Virus record (IMG/VR): IMGVR_UViG_2974731182_000001
Strand: one strand, 5' to 3'
Source of the DNA: a virus
Lineage: Duplodnaviria > Heunggongvirae > Uroviricota > Caudoviricetes > Crassvirales
DNA length: 31,150 bases
Part shown: piece by piece, positions 17,422-25,439 of the stretch
Layout of the letters: every line of letters starts with the position of its first letter
Position numbering within the stretch: position 1 is the stretch's first letter
Notes under the pieces: generated by a model
The model's input: the letters and a program-made list of their open reading frames with translations, nothing else
Databases searched by the model: none
Told to the model about the DNA's origin: nothing
Translations under genes and position numbers: made by a program

Positions 17422-17883
17422 TCATTCTATTTTAATAGTTAATTCTTCTCCTCTATTCTTACCTTCTAAAAGGCTGGAATAAAGTTTTTTAAATGTAATA
17501 GTACTATTACTAATAACTCCATTACTAGTGTTTTCCCCAACTAGAATGCACCCAAGAGTATCACCTACTTTGTTTCCCACGTGAATGAGAACTCCGTCAT
17601 AACCTTTAACATCAAGAAGTCTAGGCAACTTCCCATTACAAAACTTAGCCCATACTCTATCTTTAAATTTAGGACTTACTATATCTAAGGTAATCTTATA
17701 AATTCCCTTCGGTATAGCTGTGTTACCATAAATTTTCTTTGATTTAATTTCTTCTAAAGACATTGAACTAGTTAGGTCTCTGTCAGTGTCCTCTAATGTA
17801 TCACATTCATATTTACCATTAATATATAGCTGTCCTATGGTATAATTATTAGTTTTTGATACTCTCTTTAGATTTAATTCCAT
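17422..17883 (-). CDS. Putative endolysin (DUF5675-like)
   Basis: YTIGQLYING...CDTLED...TAIPKGIYKI...PRLLDVKGYDGVLIHVGN...DTLGCILVG pattern; adjacent to the holin-like gene. Confidence 0.65.
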   Translation of the reverse strand: MELNLKRVSKTNNYTIGQLYINGKYECDTLEDTDRDLTSSMSLEEIKSKKIYGNTAIPKGIYKITLDIVSPKFKDRVWAKFCNGKLPRLLDVKGYDGVLIHVGNKVGDTLGCILVGENTSNGVISNSTITFKKLYSSLLEGKNRGEELTIKIE

Positions 17884-17895
17884 ATACCTGTTTTA

Positions 17896-18264
17896 TTATT
17901 CTTTTTCATCCTCTTCAGTACAAGGGGCTACCTCTCCTAAAATATCCCTAATTTGATCCTCAGTATAGAATTGTCTTTTAGTACAAATATTATCCAAGCA
18001 GGAATTGTTTAATAATCTATGAATAATACCCTTCAATCTATATACTTCTACTCTATTATCTTCAGCAAGTTTAATATAGAATTGAAGCTTTCTATTATTA
18101 TCTCTTACTATATCCTCATAAAACTCTAGAGATTTCTTTAAGTTTTCTATCTCATTAGAGTCTACTTCCGTATTATATTTTCTTCTGGCTAGTAACCAGG
18201 TTACTATACCTGTAGCTAGGTTAGTACCCAAAGTTACAATTCCTGTAATTAAACTTGGATCCAT
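17896..18264 (-). CDS. Putative holin
   Basis: One N-terminal transmembrane segment (LITGIVTLGTNLATGIVTWLL) followed by a coiled coil; next to the lysin gene. Confidence 0.5.
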   Translation of the reverse strand: MDPSLITGIVTLGTNLATGIVTWLLARRKYNTEVDSNEIENLKKSLEFYEDIVRDNNRKLQFYIKLAEDNRVEVYRLKGIIHRLLNNSCLDNICTKRQFYTEDQIRDILGEVAPCTEEDEKE

Positions 18265-18535
18265 ATATTAAAAATTATTTTTTACTTTCAATTTCTTTAA
18301 TTGTATTTTTAAAAGATCTACATGCATAGAATAAGGATACAGAAGAAGTTTGTGAAAAAAACATATCTCCAGCGGTTTGACCATCTACTTTTCCTCCTAT
18401 ACATAGCCTACTTCCTCCTGTAAAGGTACTAGCTTGAATATTTAACACATAATTACTATTATGATAGTTGAATTTAGTTAGATAGGTTACAGCTCTATTA
18501 GTATTGATAGGTACAAGATTATTCCTACCTAGTAT

Positions 18536-18793
18536 TTAATATCCATATTGCAAGGTATTTGCTAATACTCCTTTAATCTCAGAATAAATCTCTGGATTCC
18601 AGCCAGGATATAAGACAGTAGTTATAAACTCTGATTGACCAGCAGGTCTCACTTGAAGTTGTATATTCCCCTCAGTAATATTTTTCACTAAAAATCCAAT
18701 CCCAGGGTTAAAATCACCTGCTGGTATATTTCTTAGTACACTCACTTGCAGAGAATTAATAACCTCTGCTCTATTTATAATTCTATTATCCAT
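18536..18793 (-). CDS. Small conserved Bacteroidota-phage protein (GWNPEI...YGY)
   Basis: 85 aa with the TTVLYPGWNPEIYSEIK...LQYGY motif. Confidence 0.6.
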   Translation of the reverse strand: MDNRIINRAEVINSLQVSVLRNIPAGDFNPGIGFLVKNITEGNIQLQVRPAGQSEFITTVLYPGWNPEIYSEIKGVLANTLQYGY

Positions 18794-18816
18794 TTTATAT
18801 GCCTATTAAAGATAAA

Positions 18817-18848
18817 CAAAGATATACAAATAGTTTGATATAATCAAT
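18817..18848 (-). promoter_or_regulatory. Bacteroidota-type promoter (ATTG-N20-TATCTTTG)
   Basis: Minus strand reads ATTG attatatcaaactatttgta TATCTTTG. Confidence 0.6.
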
Positions 18849-18870
18849 TATATAAATAAAATATTTACTA

Positions 18871-19509
18871 TTACTTTATCACCTCTATAAATCTACTTTT
18901 TCTAACTGTAGAATAAGGATTATTTTCTATAATATCAACTTTCAATACATTATGTTTTTTCTGAAATAATCTAACAAGCCAGCATTTGTGGGGAGGCTTT
19001 ATAGTTTCCTTATCTACACTCCAAACTATATTAGTTTCAGTAGTAAATTCTGGATTAACTATTATGGTGTTAGGATATCTCAAGCCTAATTGTAACTTAT
19101 ACCATTTATCCCCTAGCACAGTATCCATATTAATAGTTGCATCCTTAAATATAGTGTCTCTATAGAATATAGTATCTTTCTTAGAAGATTGAGCTAATAG
19201 GTATTGCATTTGCTTTAACTTACTATCTTTTATCTTAAGTTCTTTCCTGACCTTATTCATTTGCTCCAGAAGAGAATCATTGTAGTAGTCTAATTGTTCT
19301 ATTCTAAATTGAAACACTCTACTCTCATCTTTTAAGATAGAATTTTCTGCAGAAAAGGCTTTTTCATTAGCTAATGAAATGGAAAGTTCATTAGCTAAAT
19401 TTCTGGACCTATTGTATAGTACACAAGTACTAACCATAAGCAGACCTAATACTATTACTAGTATAATCCATAAATATTTCTTGATAGTACTGATCATACA
19501 TACTAACAT
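18871..19509 (-). CDS. Membrane-anchored coiled-coil protein, possible inner spanin
   Basis: N-terminal transmembrane segment, coiled coil, then a beta-rich C-terminal part; near the lysis genes. Confidence 0.45.
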   Translation of the reverse strand: MLVCMISTIKKYLWIILVIVLGLLMVSTCVLYNRSRNLANELSISLANEKAFSAENSILKDESRVFQFRIEQLDYYNDSLLEQMNKVRKELKIKDSKLKQMQYLLAQSSKKDTIFYRDTIFKDATINMDTVLGDKWYKLQLGLRYPNTIIVNPEFTTETNIVWSVDKETIKPPHKCWLVRLFQKKHNVLKVDIIENNPYSTVRKSRFIEVIK

Positions 19510-19531
19510 TTATTATCTTATTAGTTGCATT

Positions 19532-19768
19532 TTAAGCATTATTTTCTCGTTCTGTTTCCTCCTGCAAAGCCTGTTCTTTGGCTGCATGATAACTTAGATG
19601 TTTCTCCGGTGTAATCTCCCTTACGGTTGAAGCGTCGAAGTCTGCCGGCGTGTACATCGCTTTTACTCCCTCGTAAGTCTTTATATCATCGCCTTCTCGG
19701 TAGGTAGTCAGGTAATTACCTTCCGTTGCGGGAGTAATCTTTTGATAGGTCTTTTCTTCTATATTCAT
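19532..19768 (-). CDS. Small protein, putative fibre/RBP chaperone
   Basis: 78 aa directly after an LRR protein; part of the GC-rich segment. Confidence 0.45.
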   Translation of the reverse strand: MNIEEKTYQKITPATEGNYLTTYREGDDIKTYEGVKAMYTPADFDASTVREITPEKHLSYHAAKEQALQEETERENNA

Positions 19769-19816
19769 GGGTATTTGTTTTTTATGAGGTTTTGTTTGAT
19801 TGTGTTCTTTTATCCA

Positions 19817-20689
19817 TTACATCGAATCGGCGAAATTAATCGTCCAATTCTCATCTGTCAGTTTCGCTATGATACCTTCTGTTTCCAGATAAGTTTGTGC
19901 AGTCGTGTTAAATGTCAACGCAGCGGCCGGTAGTCCCAGAGATTTTAATGGAGCTACACCGCTTTCTCCGGCAGCATTGGCGAATCCTCCGAATCGATTC
20001 AAAGTATCTTCATCGATATTCGGGGAATCTGCCAGCGATAGAGCGGTGTGTAAGAAGATAACATCGCCGATAGACGACAGCGCCGAACAGCCTTTAAACA
20101 TATTGACCGCTCTAGTCACGTTCGAAAAATCCCAGTATTCAAGAGATTGCATGGATTGGTTATTATAGAATATAAAGCTACAATCAACAATTTTCGGAAT
20201 ATTTATCTTCGGGAAATGAACGATAGGAATATTTGAAAAAGCGTATGTTGCGGTGATGATATCCGGTAAATCGATATTGCCTATTTCCGTTAGTTTTGAA
20301 CTTTCAAAGGCGTTAAATGCGGTATATGCACTTTGAACGGATAAATTTAAGATTTTAGCTATATTACTTCTCTGAAAAATTCCTTCTAATGACGGCACAT
20401 CTAACGGCTCTATATTTACTTCATCATTTAGACTTGCTGTGCCACGAAAAGCCGCTACAACGTTAGTCATTTTCCCCCAATTTAAGTTTGAAGGTAAAGA
20501 AATTAGAGATTTGCAGGTGTCAAAAGTGAATGACAAATCCGTCACATTCGAAAGGTCGAATATCTCCGGTACTTCCTTGAACGTAGAATATGAGAGTTTA
20601 ATCCCCTCCGCTGCCACGTCGATTTTTTGTTGGGGTGGGAGTCCTCCCCCTCCATTCCATTTATTACCTGTTATTATAATAGTTCCCAT
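19817..20689 (-). CDS. BspA/DUF285-like leucine-rich-repeat protein, putative receptor-binding protein
   Basis: Repeated units (DLSNVTDLSFTFDTCKSL, DFSNVTRAVNMFKGCSALSSI) with a C-terminal LTDENWTI cap. Confidence 0.7.
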   Translation of the reverse strand: MGTIIITGNKWNGGGGLPPQQKIDVAAEGIKLSYSTFKEVPEIFDLSNVTDLSFTFDTCKSLISLPSNLNWGKMTNVVAAFRGTASLNDEVNIEPLDVPSLEGIFQRSNIAKILNLSVQSAYTAFNAFESSKLTEIGNIDLPDIITATYAFSNIPIVHFPKINIPKIVDCSFIFYNNQSMQSLEYWDFSNVTRAVNMFKGCSALSSIGDVIFLHTALSLADSPNIDEDTLNRFGGFANAAGESGVAPLKSLGLPAAALTFNTTAQTYLETEGIIAKLTDENWTINFADSM

Positions 20690-20858
20690 TTTCTATATTA
20701 TATTTTTCTTGTAATTCTAATGCTTCTTGTTCTGGTAATTCCATATATAAATCCAGATTGTGGTCATCTGGAATAAATAATTCCTTTGCTACTATTACCC
20801 CATTTATAAAATCCTTATTTACAAATAGGAATCCTTCTTTTGATACTAAATGTTTCAT
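20664..20858 (-). CDS. Small protein, putative fibre/RBP chaperone
   Basis: 64 aa after the first LRR protein; similar pattern to 19532..19768. Confidence 0.45.
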   Translation of the reverse strand: MKHLVSKEGFLFVNKDFINGVIVAKELFIPDDHNLDLYMELPEQEALELQEKYNIENGNYYNNR

Positions 20859-20859
20859 A

Positions 20860-22275
20860 TCATTTGGTAATTACAACCCAATTTTTATCCGTAGCTATCT
20901 TTATATCTTCTTCCATAAGTTCAGATGTCCCCGGATTATCTACTATGTTAATAGTTCTACTATTTGAATTTGTAAAATCTGGTAACCTATTAAATAATGA
21001 TAATAAGCTATCTTTTTCAAATTTGGCTCTTAATAAATCTATATGAGTACCCCTATAATCAAATGGTGATTCATTGCTGAATTGTAATGAATTTATATAT
21101 GAATCATTGGCAATAAAACACCTCAATTTTATCTTATCATTACCAAAACCCATACTATATTTAAAAAAATTAAATCCAGTACATATTATAGCCTCATCAG
21201 AAAATTCCCCAATATGCTCATTTGGAAAATTTTCTACTTCCTCTAAATTATATAATTGCGCAAAAGAAGATGTTAAATTATTTATATAAGAAAATAATGA
21301 CTGGTCTTTTGGGAAAATTAATCTCCTAAGTCTTATACAACCACTTAACATGTAACCAAGACTCTTCCAATTTTCAGAACTTTGTTCCGGTAAATAAATT
21401 TCTTCTACAATGTCATTACCTTCAAACAAACTTGAAATAGAAGAAAAAGTAAACTTTCTCAAATCATATGACTTCTTTAACAATATTGGAGTATAGGCTC
21501 TTGAAAATAGAGCATCAGCATATGAACCTACTAACTCTGGGTTAAATACATTTATTGGATAACCCGGATAATTGTTTGGAAACGTATTTCCAATAAGTTT
21601 TTCAAACTTTATATCATTGCTATCAAATCTTATCTCTTTTATAAATTTGGAACTCAAATTATCATTCCTGAAAATTATATAGTTACCATGAACTCTTACA
21701 TATTCTACATAGGGAGGATATTGTTGGGAAATATCAGAAATTATCAAATTGGTATACAACCCTTCTCTATTTATTGATACTGCTTTTATAATGGATTTAC
21801 TATAATCTCGATCATTGTTATAGTTTGATAAGTTAAAAGTATTGTAAGTAATATTATCTTTAATGATAGTAATATCTACAAACCAAAATCTTTCACCATT
21901 ACTATCTAACTTACCACTTCCATCAACAAATTTATGATTTACCCTATCTAATCCAGCTTTACTATTTACAAAATCTTCAATAATACCATCACCCCAATCT
22001 ACACGTATATTTTGGTCATAAAACCAAAAAGACACATCATAATCTTCATCTCTCCCCTTATATACAATCATCTGTATATGGTTTTTTGGAGTTTCTTCGA
22101 GACTATCCCATAATGGGTCTAATTTATATTGTCTTTGTACTTCTTGAACAATAGCCGGAACTACTACTTTTTCTTGTACTTGAATCTGAGGTTGTGGACA
22201 GATTATTTCTTCTTCCACAACTGGTATGTTTGGAACTACTACTTTTTCTTGTACTGTAATACAGGAATCTTGCAT
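20860..22275 (-). CDS. BspA/DUF285-like LRR protein, putative receptor-binding protein
   Basis: VDWGDG PKD-like motif, LRR units (SISSLFEGNDIVEEIYLP, SLGYMLSGCIRLRRLIFP) and a C-terminal cap LLSLFNRLPD...INIVDNPG...ATDKNWVV. Confidence 0.7.
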   Translation of the reverse strand: MQDSCITVQEKVVVPNIPVVEEEIICPQPQIQVQEKVVVPAIVQEVQRQYKLDPLWDSLEETPKNHIQMIVYKGRDEDYDVSFWFYDQNIRVDWGDGIIEDFVNSKAGLDRVNHKFVDGSGKLDSNGERFWFVDITIIKDNITYNTFNLSNYNNDRDYSKSIIKAVSINREGLYTNLIISDISQQYPPYVEYVRVHGNYIIFRNDNLSSKFIKEIRFDSNDIKFEKLIGNTFPNNYPGYPINVFNPELVGSYADALFSRAYTPILLKKSYDLRKFTFSSISSLFEGNDIVEEIYLPEQSSENWKSLGYMLSGCIRLRRLIFPKDQSLFSYINNLTSSFAQLYNLEEVENFPNEHIGEFSDEAIICTGFNFFKYSMGFGNDKIKLRCFIANDSYINSLQFSNESPFDYRGTHIDLLRAKFEKDSLLSLFNRLPDFTNSNSRTINIVDNPGTSELMEEDIKIATDKNWVVITK

Positions 22276-22281
22276 ATCTAA

Positions 22282-22611
22282 TTATATTATAATCACATCT
22301 ATTAATTCACTACCTTGAGGAGAACTGTAGTTCCATACCCCATCATTAAAATCACTATCATCCACTTGGTATCTCCTTGTTACAGATAGTTGGCCTCTCT
22401 GAAACGTGTTAGCATTAAATATAATTACAACACGATCATCTTTGACTACATTATTCAATCTGGTTGTTCCATCGAAAGATACTTCATATTTATTACCTTC
22501 GCAATCTTGATAAACAAAGTTAAACTTTACCTCAGAGTTATTTAATGGAGTGCCATCCTCTCCAACAAAATTTACAGAAATTTTAAAATCATCATCATGT
22601 CTAACATTCAT
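22282..22611 (-). CDS. Small beta-sandwich adaptor protein (BppU N-terminal-like); start probably 22611 rather than 22635
   Basis: Beta-rich 109 aa between fibre genes; a start at 22611 avoids overlap with the upstream gene. Confidence 0.45.
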   Translation of the reverse strand: MNVRHDDDFKISVNFVGEDGTPLNNSEVKFNFVYQDCEGNKYEVSFDGTTRLNNVVKDDRVVIIFNANTFQRGQLSVTRRYQVDDSDFNDGVWNYSSPQGSELIDVIII

Positions 22612-22615
22612 AATA

Positions 22616-24367
22616 TTAGTCAATTGAAGGTTCACCCAATAAATAGACCTCTCTATGTGTTTTTGAATAATCTAAATCTCCCTCTTTCGGAGTTGGATTA
22701 TAGAAGAAAGTAGTTTGTATATAATTCGAACTCATATAGGTCATAGCTACACCTGCATATGAAGTAGAATTTATACTCCTTCTAGTTTTATATAAATTTA
22801 CATAAGTTCTATCCTCAAAATTGTCACTTGCATCATCATCCGTTAATATTACTATAGATTTAGACAAATTCTCTAATCTGGCTATAATAGGCATAGAGCT
22901 ATCACTAATCTTTAAAGCATTCTTTATAGCTGTAACATTAGAAGCTCCGTTTAGAGCTTGAATATTAACAAACGACAGTGTCTCTACATTTAACCCACCT
23001 ACTGTAACTCTAACAGTATATTCATTATTATCTTTTGCATAGAAGTCATAATCATATGCCTTACCCATATAAATAAAAGATATTCTATACAAGGTTTTAT
23101 CTGAAGCACCTATAATCTCAGAAAATTCACTTATATTACATTTTATTCTATTCTCACTAGTATCAGCGTTATTAGACACTAGATTAATTACAGGAACAGT
23201 ACTTAATCTAATCAATGAAGTAGTTATCATACGACTAGTAGCACTAGAACTTATACCTAATGCTTTAGCAACATTTGCTTGTGAGTCTCCGGTTTGAAGT
23301 ACTAGAAATCTAGATAAAGGTAATGTAGCAGTCATAGCTTCTATTGAGTACTTTAACTCCGGTAAGCTATATACAGTATAGTCCTGTATCACCCAATCGG
23401 AAGATGCTTTTATCATCCTATGCTCATCATTTACTATATAATGAATGGTATAGGCACTATCATCATAGGTAACTGAAACAAATACGGCACTTTCAGAGGA
23501 TCCGGCTGAAACAGCTACATCTCCAGCTCTAGGAGGAATTAATTCATTACCCCCCACTGGTATAAATGCAGCTCTAAGTTCTGAAGACATGCTATCACCG
23601 TTAATAGTCTTTAATAAGGCAAAATTATATACATGAGTTCTGGATATATTAGAGACAGAGTTGTTATTGATATATATAGTATTTACTCCTCCATAACTCG
23701 TATATATTACCACTTTTCTGCCTGTTCTTAGTTCTATCCCAGAGAATATTACCACTCCTTGGATAGAACCATAAGCTACGTTAGCTACCTTATCCCCTAT
23801 AGAAGGAAACTTAGACATACCTTCAAATCCACCAGATATAGGCACAAAAGCATCACTAACATTATCTCCAAAAGATAGTGCATCAAATAAGGAGATATCA
23901 TATACTACCTTAGAGTCACTATATCCTTCTACAAACTCCTTAACAGCTTTCTGGCTCATTACTTTATCTTCAGAGTTTCCACTAGACTGTACTATATCCA
24001 ATTCAGATAGCATCTGAACCCAATTATCAGGGTTAACCCAAGCACTACTATCTACAGATACACCATTATACTGTATGGTTACCCACTTATTCGGAGTCAA
24101 ATCCTTAGATAAAAATGTTCCTACAAATCCAATCCTTCTATCATATAAGGGAACTGCACTTATAGCCTCTTGAAGAGAGTATGCAGTGGCAGAATAATTG
24201 GCAGAATAATTGGCAGAAATATTTATTGGAAGATTAAGAGCTAACAGCTGATCCAATGTCTTATTCTGACTATTATAAACTGATTGTGTACTTGTTACAG
24301 GATAAACTTCTTCATCTTGGGTTCCTCCAACCAGTTCTTTATCTTTTAATTTTCTTATCACTCCCAT
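22616..24367 (-). CDS. Tail fibre protein with internal domain repeats
   Basis: crAss fibre-type N-terminus (KLKDKELVGG...VYPVTSTQSV), IVQSSGNSEDKVMSQKAV motif, and duplicated domains. Confidence 0.7.
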   Translation of the reverse strand: MGVIRKLKDKELVGGTQDEEVYPVTSTQSVYNSQNKTLDQLLALNLPINISANYSANYSATAYSLQEAISAVPLYDRRIGFVGTFLSKDLTPNKWVTIQYNGVSVDSSAWVNPDNWVQMLSELDIVQSSGNSEDKVMSQKAVKEFVEGYSDSKVVYDISLFDALSFGDNVSDAFVPISGGFEGMSKFPSIGDKVANVAYGSIQGVVIFSGIELRTGRKVVIYTSYGGVNTIYINNNSVSNISRTHVYNFALLKTINGDSMSSELRAAFIPVGGNELIPPRAGDVAVSAGSSESAVFVSVTYDDSAYTIHYIVNDEHRMIKASSDWVIQDYTVYSLPELKYSIEAMTATLPLSRFLVLQTGDSQANVAKALGISSSATSRMITTSLIRLSTVPVINLVSNNADTSENRIKCNISEFSEIIGASDKTLYRISFIYMGKAYDYDFYAKDNNEYTVRVTVGGLNVETLSFVNIQALNGASNVTAIKNALKISDSSMPIIARLENLSKSIVILTDDDASDNFEDRTYVNLYKTRRSINSTSYAGVAMTYMSSNYIQTTFFYNPTPKEGDLDYSKTHREVYLLGEPSID

Positions 24368-24371
24368 AATC

Positions 24372-25439
24372 TTAAAAATCTTCTCCTAATTTACTAACAT
24401 AAACCTCATAAGCAATTCCTTCACTTGTTTTTACGAAGGTAAATTGTACTAATTTGTTTCCACTGCCTGTTAAGCTCAAGGGACCACTTGGAAATATACT
24501 GATATTGGCTCCAGCTGTAAGATTTATAGTCTTAACATCAGGTTTACAAGCCAAATAACTTACTCCTGACATCACACTACTTTTTTCCCTACCATCTGTA
24601 TTGATGGTAACATTTAATGCTTCTGCAGCTGCAGAACACCATACTGTCTGATTAGGATAAAGGGTAACATTAGAATTATCTGTATTTCCATATCTAGTAG
24701 AAGATATAATAGATTGTATATCTGCTAAATCTATAGTAACTGTGCTCCCTCCATTCATAGCTGCTATTATAGCAGCATTATCAGAGAAGCTCACATTAGA
24801 CCCAAATAAAAAGGTTACCCATTGTTCTTCTGGAAAATACTTAATTACTGAAACAGTATTACTATCTGTTACTTTAGATACATTGTATATGTTTCCATAG
24901 CCGTCTGTAAACTGTCTTACAGTTCCTTCCCCACAATTACCCCATAACCTTTGGAGTATCTCTGTTAAAGTATCTGTGTCTTCTAATTGACCATATTTTG
25001 CTGAACTAATTAAATCTGAGTCAATATATAATGGAAATTGATGCTTATCATCAAAATCAATTTCATTTGAAATAGTTTCTCCAGTTAATGCCTTATACTG
25101 ACCAACAGTGTATCCGGCAACAAATCTCCATCTCATTAAGGATTCTTCAGTACTGAAACAAACTACGGTCATATCAGTAGTCTGCTCATCATTGTTCAAA
25201 TCTGCATCTCCATATATAGACAGCAACCAAAGACCCCCAGCCGGATCTACTAATATTCTATAGTAATTATCTACATCCTCTCCTGGGTTATCAGTCTCCT
25301 TCATCATATCCTTCCATACTCCATTTATATTGAATCTAAGTACAGGCTTTCCATTACTAATGGTTATCCATCCAACTTTTGGATCATTCGGAGCAGACTC
25401 TGAAATAATTATGTCCTTGACTCTTACCATTTTATTCAT
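24372..25439 (-). CDS. Head fibre-like protein (gene following the portal)
   Basis: N-terminal IIISESAPNDPKVGWI...RFNINGVWK motif; synteny immediately after the portal gene. Confidence 0.55.
   Translation of the reverse strand: MNKMVRVKDIIISESAPNDPKVGWITISNGKPVLRFNINGVWKDMMKETDNPGEDVDNYYRILVDPAGGLWLLSIYGDADLNNDEQTTDMTVVCFSTEESLMRWRFVAGYTVGQYKALTGETISNEIDFDDKHQFPLYIDSDLISSAKYGQLEDTDTLTEILQRLWGNCGEGTVRQFTDGYGNIYNVSKVTDSNTVSVIKYFPEEQWVTFLFGSNVSFSDNAAIIAAMNGGSTVTIDLADIQSIISSTRYGNTDNSNVTLYPNQTVWCSAAAEALNVTINTDGREKSSVMSGVSYLACKPDVKTINLTAGANISIFPSGPLSLTGSGNKLVQFTFVKTSEGIAYEVYVSKLGEDF

Noticed and set aside
19817-25439. Diversity-generating retroelement or invertase shufflon acting on fibre/RBP genes
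   Set aside because: There is no reverse transcriptase or recombinase in the window, and I saw no ~100-nt template/variable repeat pair differing at adenines and no inverted cassettes.
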